Assembly: GCA_017466725.1 (NCBI GenBank)
Contig: JAFTTP010000002.1
Span: 955 to 64,954 of the forward strand
Length of the DNA: 64,000 bases
Source of the DNA: Clostridia bacterium
GTDB taxonomy: Bacteria; Bacillota; Clostridia; Christensenellales; UBA1242
Direction: 5' to 3'
In this document: in pieces, positions 28,926 to 39,500 of the stretch
Layout: each line of letters opens with the position of its first letter
How positions within the stretch are numbered: position 1 is the stretch's first letter
Program-made: the position numbers and the translations under genes
The notes under the pieces: model-generated
Seen by the model: the letters and a program-made list of their open reading frames with translations, nothing else
The model's database searches: none
Told to the model about the DNA's origin: nothing

Positions 28926-29783
28926 ATGGATTGTTTATTTTGCAAAATTATTGCAGGCGAAATCCCATCGTTTAAAATATATGAAGATAAGTACACTTAC
29001 GCATTTTTAGACATTGCTAATGATAGCGATGGTCATATTTTAGTGTTGCCTAAAAAACACTGCGAAAATATGCTTGATGCTGACAGCCAAACACTTGCAC
29101 ATGTTATGGAAAGTGTACAAAAAATAGGGAGACATCTTGTAGAAAACTGTGGCTTTGGTGGCTTTAATGTTATAAACAACTGTGGTAAAGATGCTGAGCA
29201 GTCTGTGATGCACCTACATTTTCATATTCTTCCTAGAAAGATTGGCAATACAAATCAGATTTTTCCTGTACTAGAAAAGAACGATGAAAGCTTGGAAGAA
29301 ATTTGCAATAAATTAAAATTTGAAGAAGTTACATCATCCACTAAAAATGTGGTGTTATATACCGATGGCGCTTGCTCAGGCAACCCAGGCATGGGAGGCT
29401 GGGGCGCAATACTCATGTGTGGCGGCAGAGAAAAGGTAATCTCTGGTGGGGAGAAAGAGACAACAAACAACCGTATGGAACTTACAGCGGTAATAAAAGG
29501 TCTTGAAAAAATTAAAGGCAGTCAACACGTTGATGTTTACAGTGACTCTGCGTATGTCGTGAATGCATTTTTGCAGGACTGGATTTCTTCTTGGCGCGCT
29601 AAGGGATGGAAAACAACTAAAGGTGACGTGCAAAACCTTGATTTGTGGCAACAGCTTATTGCGCTATGTGACAAACATAATGTTGTGTGGCATAAAGTAA
29701 AGGGGCACGCAGATAATGAATATAACAATCGTTGTGACGCACTTGCTGTTGGCGAAATTGAAAAGATGAGAAAAGAACAATAA
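28926..29783 (+). CDS. Fusion protein: HIT-family nucleotide hydrolase (N-terminal) plus ribonuclease HI (C-terminal)
   Basis: The N-terminus reads MDCLFCKIIAGEIPS with histidine triad HLHFHILP. The C-terminal half aligns to E. coli RNase HI with all four DEDD residues present (YTDGAC, NNRMELTA, YSDS, RCDALA). ATG 28926 lies 2 nt after the degV stop. Confidence 0.88.
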   Translation: MDCLFCKIIAGEIPSFKIYEDKYTYAFLDIANDSDGHILVLPKKHCENMLDADSQTLAHVMESVQKIGRHLVENCGFGGFNVINNCGKDAEQSVMHLHFHILPRKIGNTNQIFPVLEKNDESLEEICNKLKFEEVTSSTKNVVLYTDGACSGNPGMGGWGAILMCGGREKVISGGEKETTNNRMELTAVIKGLEKIKGSQHVDVYSDSAYVVNAFLQDWISSWRAKGWKTTKGDVQNLDLWQQLIALCDKHNVVWHKVKGHADNEYNNRCDALAVGEIEKMRKEQ

Positions 29784-29809
29784 AAAAAGACCGATTCTTA
29801 GGCCTTTTT

Positions 29810-30382
29810 TTAATCTGTATTTATAAGCTTTTCATAAATAGTTTCATAAATGGTTGGTGCGGTAGTTTTCCATTTGTGAATAGCCTCATTTGCACTTTGT
29901 CTGGTTGGTGCTTTAATTATAAGTGTAAACATAGGAGAAGTTGCCTGAGGCTCGTAAATTTTTAATTCTAAGTTGTATGAGCCGTCTTGATTTTTACTGT
30001 AAGTAGAACTGTATTCTTGAGAAGATTTAACATTAAGCTTGTTTGCTTGAAGGTATGCAGAAATTTGTTCTCTTTTCTCAAGAGGTATGCGTCTATAAAG
30101 GTGTGACAAACACTCTCTGCCTTCATAGGTGAGGGCAAACAACTCTTTACTATCGCTGCTTTCGTCGCTTATTTTGTATAGAAGTTTGCTGTCAACTAGG
30201 TCGTGAATGATTGTTTTACAATCCATATAGTTTTCAATCCAAACATTTTTAACAGAGCAGATGTCAAGAATAGAGTCTTCCGTCAAAGGAATCTCCATTT
30301 TGTCAACCACAAACAACATTGTAAGTTTATCAGACACAATTCTTTCTTTTTCTGAAGAGTTTTTTTCCATCATAATTTGCAT
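29810..30382 (-). CDS. DUF4364-like putative transcriptional regulator
   Basis: 190 aa. The N-terminal LTMLFVVDKMEIPLTEDSILDI pattern resembles the DUF4364/PadR-like family. The assignment is tentative. Confidence 0.5.
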   Translation of the reverse strand: MQIMMEKNSSEKERIVSDKLTMLFVVDKMEIPLTEDSILDICSVKNVWIENYMDCKTIIHDLVDSKLLYKISDESSDSKELFALTYEGRECLSHLYRRIPLEKREQISAYLQANKLNVKSSQEYSSTYSKNQDGSYNLELKIYEPQATSPMFTLIIKAPTRQSANEAIHKWKTTAPTIYETIYEKLINTD

Positions 30383-30472
30383 TATATCACATTTTTATAA
30401 AAAATCAAACCCTTTTTGTTTGCTTTTTTTATTTTCTATATGCTATACTTAATTCTACCAAGGGGAAAATAT

Positions 30473-31234
30473 ATGAAAGAAAATGTAAAAGATTTTTTAG
30501 ATGCTTGTGATGAACTTTTAAATTGCAAATATCTTGTTGCTGAATATAAAATTCAAAGAACGCTTAAAGCACTTGCAAATTCAGATGAAATTTGCTCATT
30601 ACTGACTGAGTGTTTAGAACAGTTTAATAGAGATAGAGAATTTGCAAAGGCCTATATTCAAGATGGGCATGGTGATTTTGTTTACATCAGTCCAAGCGAA
30701 GAATATAAGGTTATTGCTCTTGTTTTCTGTACGCTTGTAGATATTGATAACAAGAAAATTGACCTTGTTGACTTCATTAAGAGATTTTTTGGAAGAGAAG
30801 AAAATCCTTTCCAAGCCTTTTTGACAGAGATGATTTTACCATTTAGAAATTTGATTGCTGAAGTATTTGGTGGAAAGCAGTATGCCGCTGGGGTGCCTGA
30901 GGCTGCAGATGCTCAAGAGGGTGCACCTGAAGAGGAAGAAACAGAGGAAGAGGTGCCTAATTACGAAGGGGATGAAAACGTGCAAGACGATGAAGAAGGC
31001 GAAGAAGACGACTTTAAACTTGCACAAAAAATTGCAGTTCAAATTCTTTCTCAGCTTGAATTTTCTAAACAAGATGAAACCACTGAAAATGTTATGCAAA
31101 TTTGCAGGGCCATAGTAAAAACTGCGGTTTTGCAAGACGAGGATGTTATGTTTGGCCTTGTATATGCCCTCAAGCACTGCAAAGAAAAACAAGTAAAATA
31201 TCTTATTAAAGAACTTGTTGAACTGTTTTATTGA
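30473..31234 (+). CDS. Hypothetical protein with a central poly-acidic region
   Basis: ORF with a GGGGAAAA RBS. It contains an E/D-rich stretch ([29 protein letters not shown]). No family recognised. Confidence 0.55.
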   Translation: MKENVKDFLDACDELLNCKYLVAEYKIQRTLKALANSDEICSLLTECLEQFNRDREFAKAYIQDGHGDFVYISPSEEYKVIALVFCTLVDIDNKKIDLVDFIKRFFGREENPFQAFLTEMILPFRNLIAEVFGGKQYAAGVPEAADAQEGAPEEEETEEEVPNYEGDENVQDDEEGEEDDFKLAQKIAVQILSQLEFSKQDETTENVMQICRAIVKTAVLQDEDVMFGLVYALKHCKEKQVKYLIKELVELFY

Positions 31235-31235
31235 T

Positions 31236-32156
31236 TTATAGCAAAATCAAACAAGTAAGCAATGATATGCCCACCGCGATAAGCGCGTGGGTTGTTTTTT
31301 GAAGTACAAATGTTTTAATGGGCATTTGTAACTTATTTAGTAGTGTTATTGATTGCAAAATGGTAGAAATTCCACCAAAACTTATAACAAATGTTGCAGT
31401 TGCAACTGCCCAAATTCCTCCAAGGCTTTCAGCAATGTCACTGCATCCTTTAGTGATTTCAACTATACCTTTTAATATGCATGCAATTTGTGGAGGGAAA
31501 AGGTTAAAAATCGGAGAAAGCGATGTGATTATAACAAAAAATATGGCGATTATAGCCCCAACTGAAAGTATGTTTAATACCGAGTTTTGTATAACCGTTG
31601 ATAAATCGTTTTGACTTTGAATGTGCTGGCGTATATCCGATTTTACGTCCACAACTTTAAGTTTTTTATAAATAAGTCCATTTAAAAGCGCGCCTAAAAC
31701 ATGAGAAAATAAAATGATGTATCCATAAAGTGCACTGCCAAGCATTGATACGCCCACCGCGCCCACAATAAACATTGGCCCAGAAGTAGAGCAAAAACTG
31801 CACATACGAAAGGCCTCGCTTTTGCTGATTTTGCCAGTTTGATACATATCGGCAGTCATTGCGGCACCTACAGGATATCCCGAAATGACACTGGTTAAAA
31901 ATACGACTGCAGATGAACTTGGGCAATTGAACAGTTTTTTGCAGGGGGATGCAAGAAAACGCGCGCATTTATCAACCATCCCTAGATTTGACAGAAGTTT
32001 AGTAAAAATCATAAATGGCAGCACACTTGGCAACACGTTTAGCGCCCATGCTTTTATTCCGCTGTAAGTTGCATTAATATATACTTTTGGCATTAAAACC
32101 ATATTAATCAGCAAATATCCAATGAAAAGAGAAAGAAAAATGTTATATTTTTTCAT
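31236..32156 (-). CDS. Nucleoside-recognition-domain membrane protein, YlbJ-like (sporulation integral membrane protein family)
   Basis: 306 aa, polytopic, with resemblance to YlbJ/Gate-domain proteins. It is shorter than B. subtilis YlbJ. Confidence 0.6.
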   Translation of the reverse strand: MKKYNIFLSLFIGYLLINMVLMPKVYINATYSGIKAWALNVLPSVLPFMIFTKLLSNLGMVDKCARFLASPCKKLFNCPSSSAVVFLTSVISGYPVGAAMTADMYQTGKISKSEAFRMCSFCSTSGPMFIVGAVGVSMLGSALYGYIILFSHVLGALLNGLIYKKLKVVDVKSDIRQHIQSQNDLSTVIQNSVLNILSVGAIIAIFFVIITSLSPIFNLFPPQIACILKGIVEITKGCSDIAESLGGIWAVATATFVISFGGISTILQSITLLNKLQMPIKTFVLQKTTHALIAVGISLLTCLILL

Positions 32157-32172
32157 TTTTGCCCCTAAAAAT

Positions 32173-32201
32173 TTGACATGGAAGTCTCTTTTAATTATAA
32201 T
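32173..32201 (+). promoter_or_regulatory. Consensus sigma-A promoter TTGACA-17-TATAAT upstream of pta
   Basis: Perfect hexamers with an exact 17-nt spacer. Confidence 0.75.
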
Positions 32202-32276
32202 AAAATAGACGACTTATGAAAGGTTGTCCATCTATAAATAAATATTCAAATAAATACTTTTTTAGAAGAGGTAGTA

Positions 32277-33263
32277 ATGAAAAATAAAGATTTACTTAAA
32301 AAGGCTAAGCGCCTTGGCAAAACCATCGTTTTCCCAGAGGCTGGATTTAGTGATAGAACAATCGAAGCGGTAAAATATATTCAAAAGAAGGGAATTGCAA
32401 AGCCCATATTAATTGGCGATGAAAGCGCACTTGCACTTCAAGATAAAAAACTTATAGATTTTCAAATTATAAACCCTCAAACTTTCCCTCAACGTGAAGA
32501 GCTTGCAAAAAGACTTTACGAAAAGAGAAAAGAAAAGGGTATGACAATGGAACAAGCGCAAGAACTTGTACTTGACCCATATTACTTTGCGACGCTCCTT
32601 GTTGATATGGAACTTGCTGATGGTATGGTTGCTGGCGCAGAGGCCTCAACAGCCAACACTGTAAGGCCAGCACTTCAAGTGGTAAAGGCAAAGAAGAAGG
32701 GCGGCATTGTTTCATCATGCTTTATTATGTATGGCGAAAATAATAAGTTTATAGGTGACAAATGTTTGATATTGTCTGATTGTGGCGTGATTAAACACCC
32801 AACAGAAGACGAACTTTATCAAATTGCATGTCACAGTGTTGAAACATATAAAAGCTTAGGCTTTAATGACCCTAAAGTTGCCTTTCTTTCATTCTCGACA
32901 AAAGGCTCTGCAGAAGATGATACAGTTAATGTTGTCCGCGGCGCATATGAGAAGTTTAAGAAAACTGGCATCCCTTGTGATGGTGAATTGCAATTTGACT
33001 CTGCTATGGTTGAAAGGGTAGGAAATCATAAAAATCCTAATGGGCAAATTAAAGGTGATGCAAACATCCTCATCTTCCCAGATTTAAACAGTGGAAACAT
33101 ATGCTATAAAGCTATGCAATACGTTGGCGGACTTACAGCGGTAGGTCCAATCTTACAAGGGTTAAACAAACCTGTAAACGATCTTTCAAGAGGTTGCAGC
33201 GTAGAAGATATTATAATTGCAACTGCAGTAACAGCACTGCAAGCAAATAAGGAGGAAAAATAA
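32277..33263 (+). CDS. pta: Phosphate acetyltransferase
   Basis: 328 aa with IVFPEAGFSDRTIEA at the N-terminus and a PTA_PTB family core. It is adjacent to ackA. Confidence 0.93.
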   Translation: MKNKDLLKKAKRLGKTIVFPEAGFSDRTIEAVKYIQKKGIAKPILIGDESALALQDKKLIDFQIINPQTFPQREELAKRLYEKRKEKGMTMEQAQELVLDPYYFATLLVDMELADGMVAGAEASTANTVRPALQVVKAKKKGGIVSSCFIMYGENNKFIGDKCLILSDCGVIKHPTEDELYQIACHSVETYKSLGFNDPKVAFLSFSTKGSAEDDTVNVVRGAYEKFKKTGIPCDGELQFDSAMVERVGNHKNPNGQIKGDANILIFPDLNSGNICYKAMQYVGGLTAVGPILQGLNKPVNDLSRGCSVEDIIIATAVTALQANKEEK

Positions 33264-34465
33264 TGAAAGTTTTAGTAGTAAACGCAGGAAGCAGCAGCTT
33301 AAAAGCGCAATTGATGGAGACAAAAACTGGAGATGTTTTTGCCAATGCATATTGTGAAAGAGTTGGAATTAATGGTTCTTTTATGACTTATAAATGGAAC
33401 GATAAAAAAGTTGTTATAACTGAAGACATGCCAAGTCATAAAGATGCATTCCAGTTGTTTTTAAACACATTAATGAATGGAGAGACAGCGGTTATATCAT
33501 CTCTCGATGAAATCAAGGCAATTGGTCACAGGGTGGTAAACCTTGGTGAAAAATATAACAAATCAATTATTGTAACAAAAGAAGTATTTGCGGACATGCA
33601 AAACTATTTACATTTTGCGCCTCTTCACAACCCAGGTGCAATGTCTGGTATGAAGGCATGTATGGAATTGATGCCAAACAAAACTAATGTAGCTGTTTTT
33701 GACACGGCGTTCCACTCAACAATGCCAAAGAAAGCGTATATGTATGCTTTACCTTACGAACTTTATGAAGAAAACAAAATTCGTAGATATGGCGCTCACG
33801 GAACAAGTCATCGTTATATTGCAAGAAAATGCGAAGAGTTGTTTGGTGATTTAACAGGCAAGAAAATCATTTCTTGTCACGTTGGAAGCGGAAGTAGTAT
33901 TTGTGCAATTAAAGATGGACAATGCGTTGATACATCTATGGGCTATACACCTCTTGCTGGGGTGGTTATGGGTACTCGTACCGGAGATATTGACCCAGCG
34001 GTTATTCCTGATATTATGAAAATTAAAAACATTTCTGCAGACGAGGCAATTACTCTTATGAATAAGAAGAGCGGCTTGATTGGTGTGTGTGGATTCAGCG
34101 ATATGCGTGATATTGAATCTGCTAAAGTTACAGATGAAAAAGCGCAACTTGCATTTGATATGATGGTTTATTCAATCAAAAAATACATTGGTGCTTATGC
34201 CGCTGCAATGAATGGCGTTGATTACATTGTGTTTACCGCAGGAATTGGCGAAAAAGACGAAGAAGTACGTGCAGCAGTGTGTGCGGATATGGAATATCTT
34301 GGAGTTGAGTTCGACTTTGAGAAAAACATCAAAATGCATAAACCTTTTGGTGAAATTCAAGAGTTTACAAAACCTAACAGCAAAGTTAAAGTTTTGCGCA
34401 TACCAACAGATGAAGAACTTATGATTGCGCTTGATACAGAAGAAACAATCAAAAAATCTAATTAA
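33263..34465 (+). CDS. ackA: Acetate kinase
   Basis: MKVLVVNAGSSSLK, and the acetate kinase signatures HRVVNLG and GAHGTSH. Confidence 0.97.
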   Translation: MKVLVVNAGSSSLKAQLMETKTGDVFANAYCERVGINGSFMTYKWNDKKVVITEDMPSHKDAFQLFLNTLMNGETAVISSLDEIKAIGHRVVNLGEKYNKSIIVTKEVFADMQNYLHFAPLHNPGAMSGMKACMELMPNKTNVAVFDTAFHSTMPKKAYMYALPYELYEENKIRRYGAHGTSHRYIARKCEELFGDLTGKKIISCHVGSGSSICAIKDGQCVDTSMGYTPLAGVVMGTRTGDIDPAVIPDIMKIKNISADEAITLMNKKSGLIGVCGFSDMRDIESAKVTDEKAQLAFDMMVYSIKKYIGAYAAAMNGVDYIVFTAGIGEKDEEVRAAVCADMEYLGVEFDFEKNIKMHKPFGEIQEFTKPNSKVKVLRIPTDEELMIALDTEETIKKSN

Positions 34466-34489
34466 ATTTAATAATTTCATACAAAACGC

Positions 34490-34518
34490 TTGACAAAATT
34501 GACAAAATTGTCTATACT
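34490..34518 (+). promoter_or_regulatory. Sigma-A promoter TTGACA-17-TATACT upstream of rpmF
   Basis: The region contains a tandem TTGACAAAA duplication. The first TTGACA is 17 nt from TATACT. Confidence 0.65.
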
Positions 34519-34552
34519 TGTACAGCAAAGATAAAATCAATAGGAGGAAGAA

Positions 34553-34744
34553 ATGGCAGTTCCAAAACATAAAACATCAAAAGCTAGAAGAAATTCAAGA
34601 CATTCTGCAAATTCAGTTGCAGTTGCACCAACACTCGTTGAATGCCCACAATGTCACGAAATGAAGAAACCACACACTGTATGCAAGAAGTGTGGTACTT
34701 ATAAAGGCGAAACTGTTATCGCTAAAAAAGAAGAAACAAAATAA
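34553..34744 (+). CDS. rpmF: 50S ribosomal protein L32
   Basis: MAVPKHKTSKARRNSRH plus a CxxC...CxxC zinc ribbon. Confidence 0.96.
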   Translation: MAVPKHKTSKARRNSRHSANSVAVAPTLVECPQCHEMKKPHTVCKKCGTYKGETVIAKKEETK

Positions 34745-34762
34745 TAATTTAAGTTTTCGTTA

Positions 34763-34791
34763 AAATCTCTCGGCAAACCGAGAGATTTTTT
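34763..34791 (+). terminator. Rho-independent terminator after rpmF
   Basis: Stem AAATCTCTCGG / CCGAGAGATTT with a 4-nt loop, followed by a T-run. Confidence 0.85.
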
Positions 34792-34938
34792 ATATATTGT
34801 GTGTATTATGCCATACAACATACAATATGTTGACATAATCGCCTTGCGAAAAATTTCTTTAAATCCTTTAAATTGTTTGCATTATTATTTATTTTTTGTT
34901 ATTATATATTTGATAATTGCTGTTATAGAGGAGAACTT

Positions 34939-35952
34939 ATGAAAATTGTAGTTGACGCATTTGGTGGAGACAACGCGCCACTTGAGATAGTTGAAGGGGC
35001 TTTGATGGCCCTGGATAAGAATAAAGAACTGGAACTTGTTCTTTGTGGGAAGGAAACAGAAATCAAAAAGATTTTAAACGGCAGGGGCAAGGGCAGAATT
35101 GAGATTGTTGATGCTCAGGAGGTTGTTGAGAATACAGATCATCCAACGGATGCAATAAGAAAGAAACGAGATTCTTCGCTTGTCCGCGCCTATGACGTGC
35201 TTAAAGAGAGAGAGGATGTAGTTGGGCTGGTAAGCGCGGGTAGTACTGGCGCAATTTTGGCTGGTGCAATTATGAAAATTGGAAGAATTAAAGGCATTTC
35301 TAGGCCTGCACTTGCGCCTATTTTACCAACTAAAAAGGATAGTGATGTGCTGCTAGTTGATAGTGGGGCAAATGTAGACTGTAAGCCTATCAATTTAGTG
35401 CATTTTGCATTAATGGGCACTGCATACTATTCAATCATTTACAACAAAGAAAATCCACGTGTTGCACTTTTAAGTAATGGAGCAGAAGAAGGCAAGGGGA
35501 ATGAACTTGTAAAAGAAACATATCCGCTTTTAAAACAAGCGCCTATAAACTTTATTGGCAACAGAGAAGGTGGCGATTATATGGCCGGCGAAGTGGATGT
35601 TATGGTTGCGGATGGCTTTGCTGGCAATGCATTACTTAAAGGCTCGGAAGGGGCTGTTGCAGCGGTGATGTCTGTGCTGAAAAACAGCATTAAATCGCAC
35701 ATTTCAAGCAAAATCGGTTATATGTTTATGAAGAAGACGTTTAATGAACTTCGCGACCGCATTGATATTATTGGAAAGCATGCCGGTTCGCCACTTCTTG
35801 GATGCAAGAAATTGGTTGTAAAAAATCATGGTTCTTGCAAGAGAAACAATATTAAGGCGTCAATTGAACAAACAATCAAACTGCATGAAAATCATTTGAT
35901 TGAAGAAATTGAAAAAAATCTTGCAAAATTAAATATTGCTGAAGGGGAATAA
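34939..35952 (+). CDS. plsX: Phosphate acyltransferase PlsX
   Basis: MKIVVDAFGGDNAP start with RBS GAGGAG. The upstream extension to 34873 in the ORF track is unlikely. Confidence 0.94.
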   Translation: MKIVVDAFGGDNAPLEIVEGALMALDKNKELELVLCGKETEIKKILNGRGKGRIEIVDAQEVVENTDHPTDAIRKKRDSSLVRAYDVLKEREDVVGLVSAGSTGAILAGAIMKIGRIKGISRPALAPILPTKKDSDVLLVDSGANVDCKPINLVHFALMGTAYYSIIYNKENPRVALLSNGAEEGKGNELVKETYPLLKQAPINFIGNREGGDYMAGEVDVMVADGFAGNALLKGSEGAVAAVMSVLKNSIKSHISSKIGYMFMKKTFNELRDRIDIIGKHAGSPLLGCKKLVVKNHGSCKRNNIKASIEQTIKLHENHLIEEIEKNLAKLNIAEGE

Positions 35953-36566
35953 TGAAATTTTTAGGATATAAATTTAAAGATGTGGGGCTTATAGAGCGTG
36001 CGCTGACGCACAGCTCTAAGTCTGAAATCAACTACGAAAGACTGGAATTTTTAGGTGACAGCATTTTAGATTTCTTGGTTGGCGAATACTTCTACAAACA
36101 TTGTAAAGAAAATGAAGGTAGATTGACGGTGCTGCGTAGTCAATATGTTTCAGAAAGTCACCTTGTCACCATTTTTGACAATCTAAAACTTACAAAATAT
36201 GTAAAACTTGGGAAAAGCTATCAAGGTGAAATTTCCAAAGCAATTAAAGGTGACATTGTTGAGGCAATTTTAGGTGCAATTTATTTGGATGGCGGGCTGG
36301 ATGAAGCGAGAGCGTTTATAGAGAGATATTTTGACCTTGACAATTATCGTAACATGGTTGATGAAAATTATAAATCAAAATTGCAAGAACTGGTTCAAGG
36401 CAATTTTAAATGTAAAATGGCATATCACACTCAGCCTTGCGAAAATGGTTTTACCTCTTCCTTTTACATGGATGAAGATAAAATTGCATCAGGCGAGGGT
36501 AAGTCTAAAGCTGAAGCCGAACAAATGGCGGCAAAACTGGCAATTGAAAAGTTGTTTTTATTATAA
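35952..36566 (+). CDS. rnc: Ribonuclease III
   Basis: ERLEFLGDSILD signature and a C-terminal dsRBD (GEGKSKAEAEQMAA). The start overlaps the plsX stop by 1 nt. Confidence 0.94.
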   Translation: MKFLGYKFKDVGLIERALTHSSKSEINYERLEFLGDSILDFLVGEYFYKHCKENEGRLTVLRSQYVSESHLVTIFDNLKLTKYVKLGKSYQGEISKAIKGDIVEAILGAIYLDGGLDEARAFIERYFDLDNYRNMVDENYKSKLQELVQGNFKCKMAYHTQPCENGFTSSFYMDEDKIASGEGKSKAEAEQMAAKLAIEKLFLL

Positions 36567-36584
36567 AACTTAAGAGGATAAATT

Positions 36585-39500
36585 ATGATTTTTAAGAAAA
36601 TTGAAATGGTTGGTTTTAAATCGTTTGCAGACAGAACTGTCATTGAATTTGGTGACAATTTTACTGCAATTGTAGGGCCAAACGGATGCGGAAAAAGCAA
36701 TGTATCTGATGCAATCAGATGGGTGCTTGGTGAACAAAGTCCAAAAACCTTGCGTGGCGATAGCATGCAAGATGTTATTTTCAACGGAACTGAAAAAAGA
36801 AAAAGTCTTTCATATTGTGAAGTAACCCTTACATTTGACAACAGTGAGAGATTTTTCAATTTCGATTATGATGAACTTGCAATTACAAGAAAGCTTTATC
36901 GTTCGGGTGAGAGTGAATATCTTATCAACCGCAACACTTGCAGGCTTAGGGATATTACCAACTTGTTATACAACAGTGGACTTGGCAAAAATGGATATTC
37001 TGTAATCAGCCAAGGTAAAGTTACTGAACTTGTTGATGCAAAGCCAGAGGCGAGAAGGGCAATGTTTGAAGATGCTGCCGGCATTTCTAAATATAAGAGT
37101 GACAAAAAAGAGGCAGAAAACAAACTTGAGCGTACAAATGACAACTTGACACGTGTAAGAGATATTTTATCTGAAATTGAAAGGCAGATGGGGCCGCTCA
37201 AGAAACAAGCTGAAAACGCTAAAAAATATCTTGAATATAAAGGTCAACTTAAAGATCTTGAAGTCAATGCGTACATTTATCAATATGAACACGCAAACGA
37301 CGAAAAAGAGAAAATCAACCTTAAACTTGATGCAATCAATCGTCAGATTGACCAAAGAGAAGGTGATTTAGCACAAGCAAATGCAAACTATGACAAGGCT
37401 ATGAACGAGCTTGCCAACTTTGACAAACTTCTTTCATCGCTCAACGAGAAAATTCTTGAACTTACAATTGGTCTTGAAAAGCAGGAAAGCGAAACTAAAC
37501 TTGCAAGGGAAAGAGTAAACTTCACCCTTAAAGAAAATGATAGATTAAATCTTGAAATTACCAACAGCAAAACAGCACTTGAAATTGCTGAAGAAGAAAG
37601 GGCAAAGCGTTTAGATGAATTAAATGCTTTACAAGATGGGTTGGAGGCACTTGAGAAGTCTTTTGACGAGCTTTCAAACACATATCTTGCAATTGCAAAT
37701 CAACTCACTTTAAGTGAAGATGAGGCTGGCGCAGGTCAACAAAAGGTGATTGAAACACTTGGCTCACTTAGCGATATTAAGAGCTCTGTTTCAAGACTTA
37801 TGGCAGAAAAAGAATTACTTTCATCAAACCTTGAAAACCTTAAGGGCGACATACAATCACTTACCGCAAAGAAGGCTGAAAGTGACAAGAATTATAAACA
37901 AACTGAAGAGGCACTTTTAAATAAGGAAAGTAAACTTAAGTTTGTTAAAACTCAAATTGACGATCTTACAAGCAAAAACTATTTGGCTGAAGGAAAAATT
38001 AAAGACCTTGAAACTGAGCGAGCAAATACGACAACTCAAATTAAGGTTTATGAAAATAGAAAGAAACTGTTAACCGACCTTCAAAATGAATATGAAGGAT
38101 ATTCATATGCAGTTAAAAAACTTTTAAAGGAAAGTGACCGCAATCCTCAAATTAAACGCAATATTATTGGCGTTGTCGCATCACTTATTAAAGTTCCTCA
38201 AAAGTTTGAAACCGCAATTGAAGTTGCGCTTGGTGGCGCACTTCAAAACATTGTTACGCATGATGAAGAGGGGGCAAAACAACTTATTGCTTTCTTAAAA
38301 CAAAACTCTTTTGGTAGGGCAACATTCTTACCGGTATCATCAATGAAGAGAAGAGACCTTGACGAGAGGCTTGTTGCAGGCAAAAATGGGTGCTATGGCG
38401 TGGCAAGCAAACTTGTTGATTATGATAAGTCTATTGACAATGTTGTAAGCAACTTGCTAGGCTCTACAGTAATTGCAGAAAACATTAATATAGCAATTTC
38501 TATTGCCAAAGAGACAAGATATGCATTTAGAATTGTTACACTTGAAGGCGATGTTGTCAACCCTCAAGGCTCGCTTACAGGTGGAAGTAAGAAGGCAGAA
38601 TCTTCAAACCTTATGGGAAGAGAAAGAGAGATTGAAACGCTTGGAATTGATATTGCAAAATTAGAACAAAGATTGCTTGAAATTGAGAAACAAATTGCAG
38701 CAGAGCAGAAAGCGAACGAAGAGAACAAGAAAAATCTTAATGTTTTAAATAATGGCAAAAATTCAATTGAAGTTGAAATTGCATCAGAAAAAGAAAAGTT
38801 GAATACATATTCTGCAGTTTTAGTTGAAGCGACTGACAACTTGAAAGTTGCTGAAATGGAATTTAATACAGTTACAAATAAAATCCGCTTGATTGATGAT
38901 GAACTTAATCGTTCAGAAAAAATACAATCTGCACTTTCTGGCAACAAGAGCGACGCAGACGAACTTATCAAAGAACATAAAGAAAAGTTTGAAAAACTTC
39001 GTATTGAAAGAGACCAAATAAACAATAATATCCTTGCTGTTAAGGTTGAAATTGCTGAAGCGAAAACCAAGATATCTTCACTTAACGAAGATTTAACGCG
39101 TATTGAAAATGAAATTGGAAGACATAAAACAAACATTTTCAACGCAGAAGATATGCTTGCTAAAAACCAAGAGTTTATTGACAGCTGCGAACAGATGATT
39201 AAAAATAAACTTGCCTCAGCGCCATCATCTGCAAAGAAACAAGAACTTGAAACAATGCTTGCAAAACGTGCAAAAGCAGAGCATGATAAGATGTCTATTT
39301 CAGAAAGAATTAAAGAATATGACACCGACAAATCAAACCTTATGAATGAACTTTCTTCAATCAAAGACAAGAAGTTTAGAGAAGAAATGAATCTTTCAAA
39401 GGTTGATACCGAGCTTGAACAAATGCAAGAGCGCATTTACGAAGAATATTCGCTTTCATATACAACATGCCTTGAATTTAGAAAAGCAGAGTTTGACATC

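Noticed and set aside
34490-34510. The tandem TTGACAAAA TTGACAAAA duplication upstream of rpmF, considered as a repeat element or operator
   Set aside because: There are only two 9-nt copies. The simplest reading is a promoter with two alternative -35 hexamers, of which only the first has 17-nt spacing to TATACT. That is not enough evidence for a regulatory site.
38564-39436. A 290-aa minus-strand Ser-rich ORF inside smc. Similar shadow ORFs lie at 36896-37201 and 37388-37681.
   Set aside because: These are antisense shadows of the Glu/Lys-rich SMC coiled-coil coding sequence, which is GAA/AAG-rich and reads as TTC/CTT-rich on the other strand. They have no independent signals.
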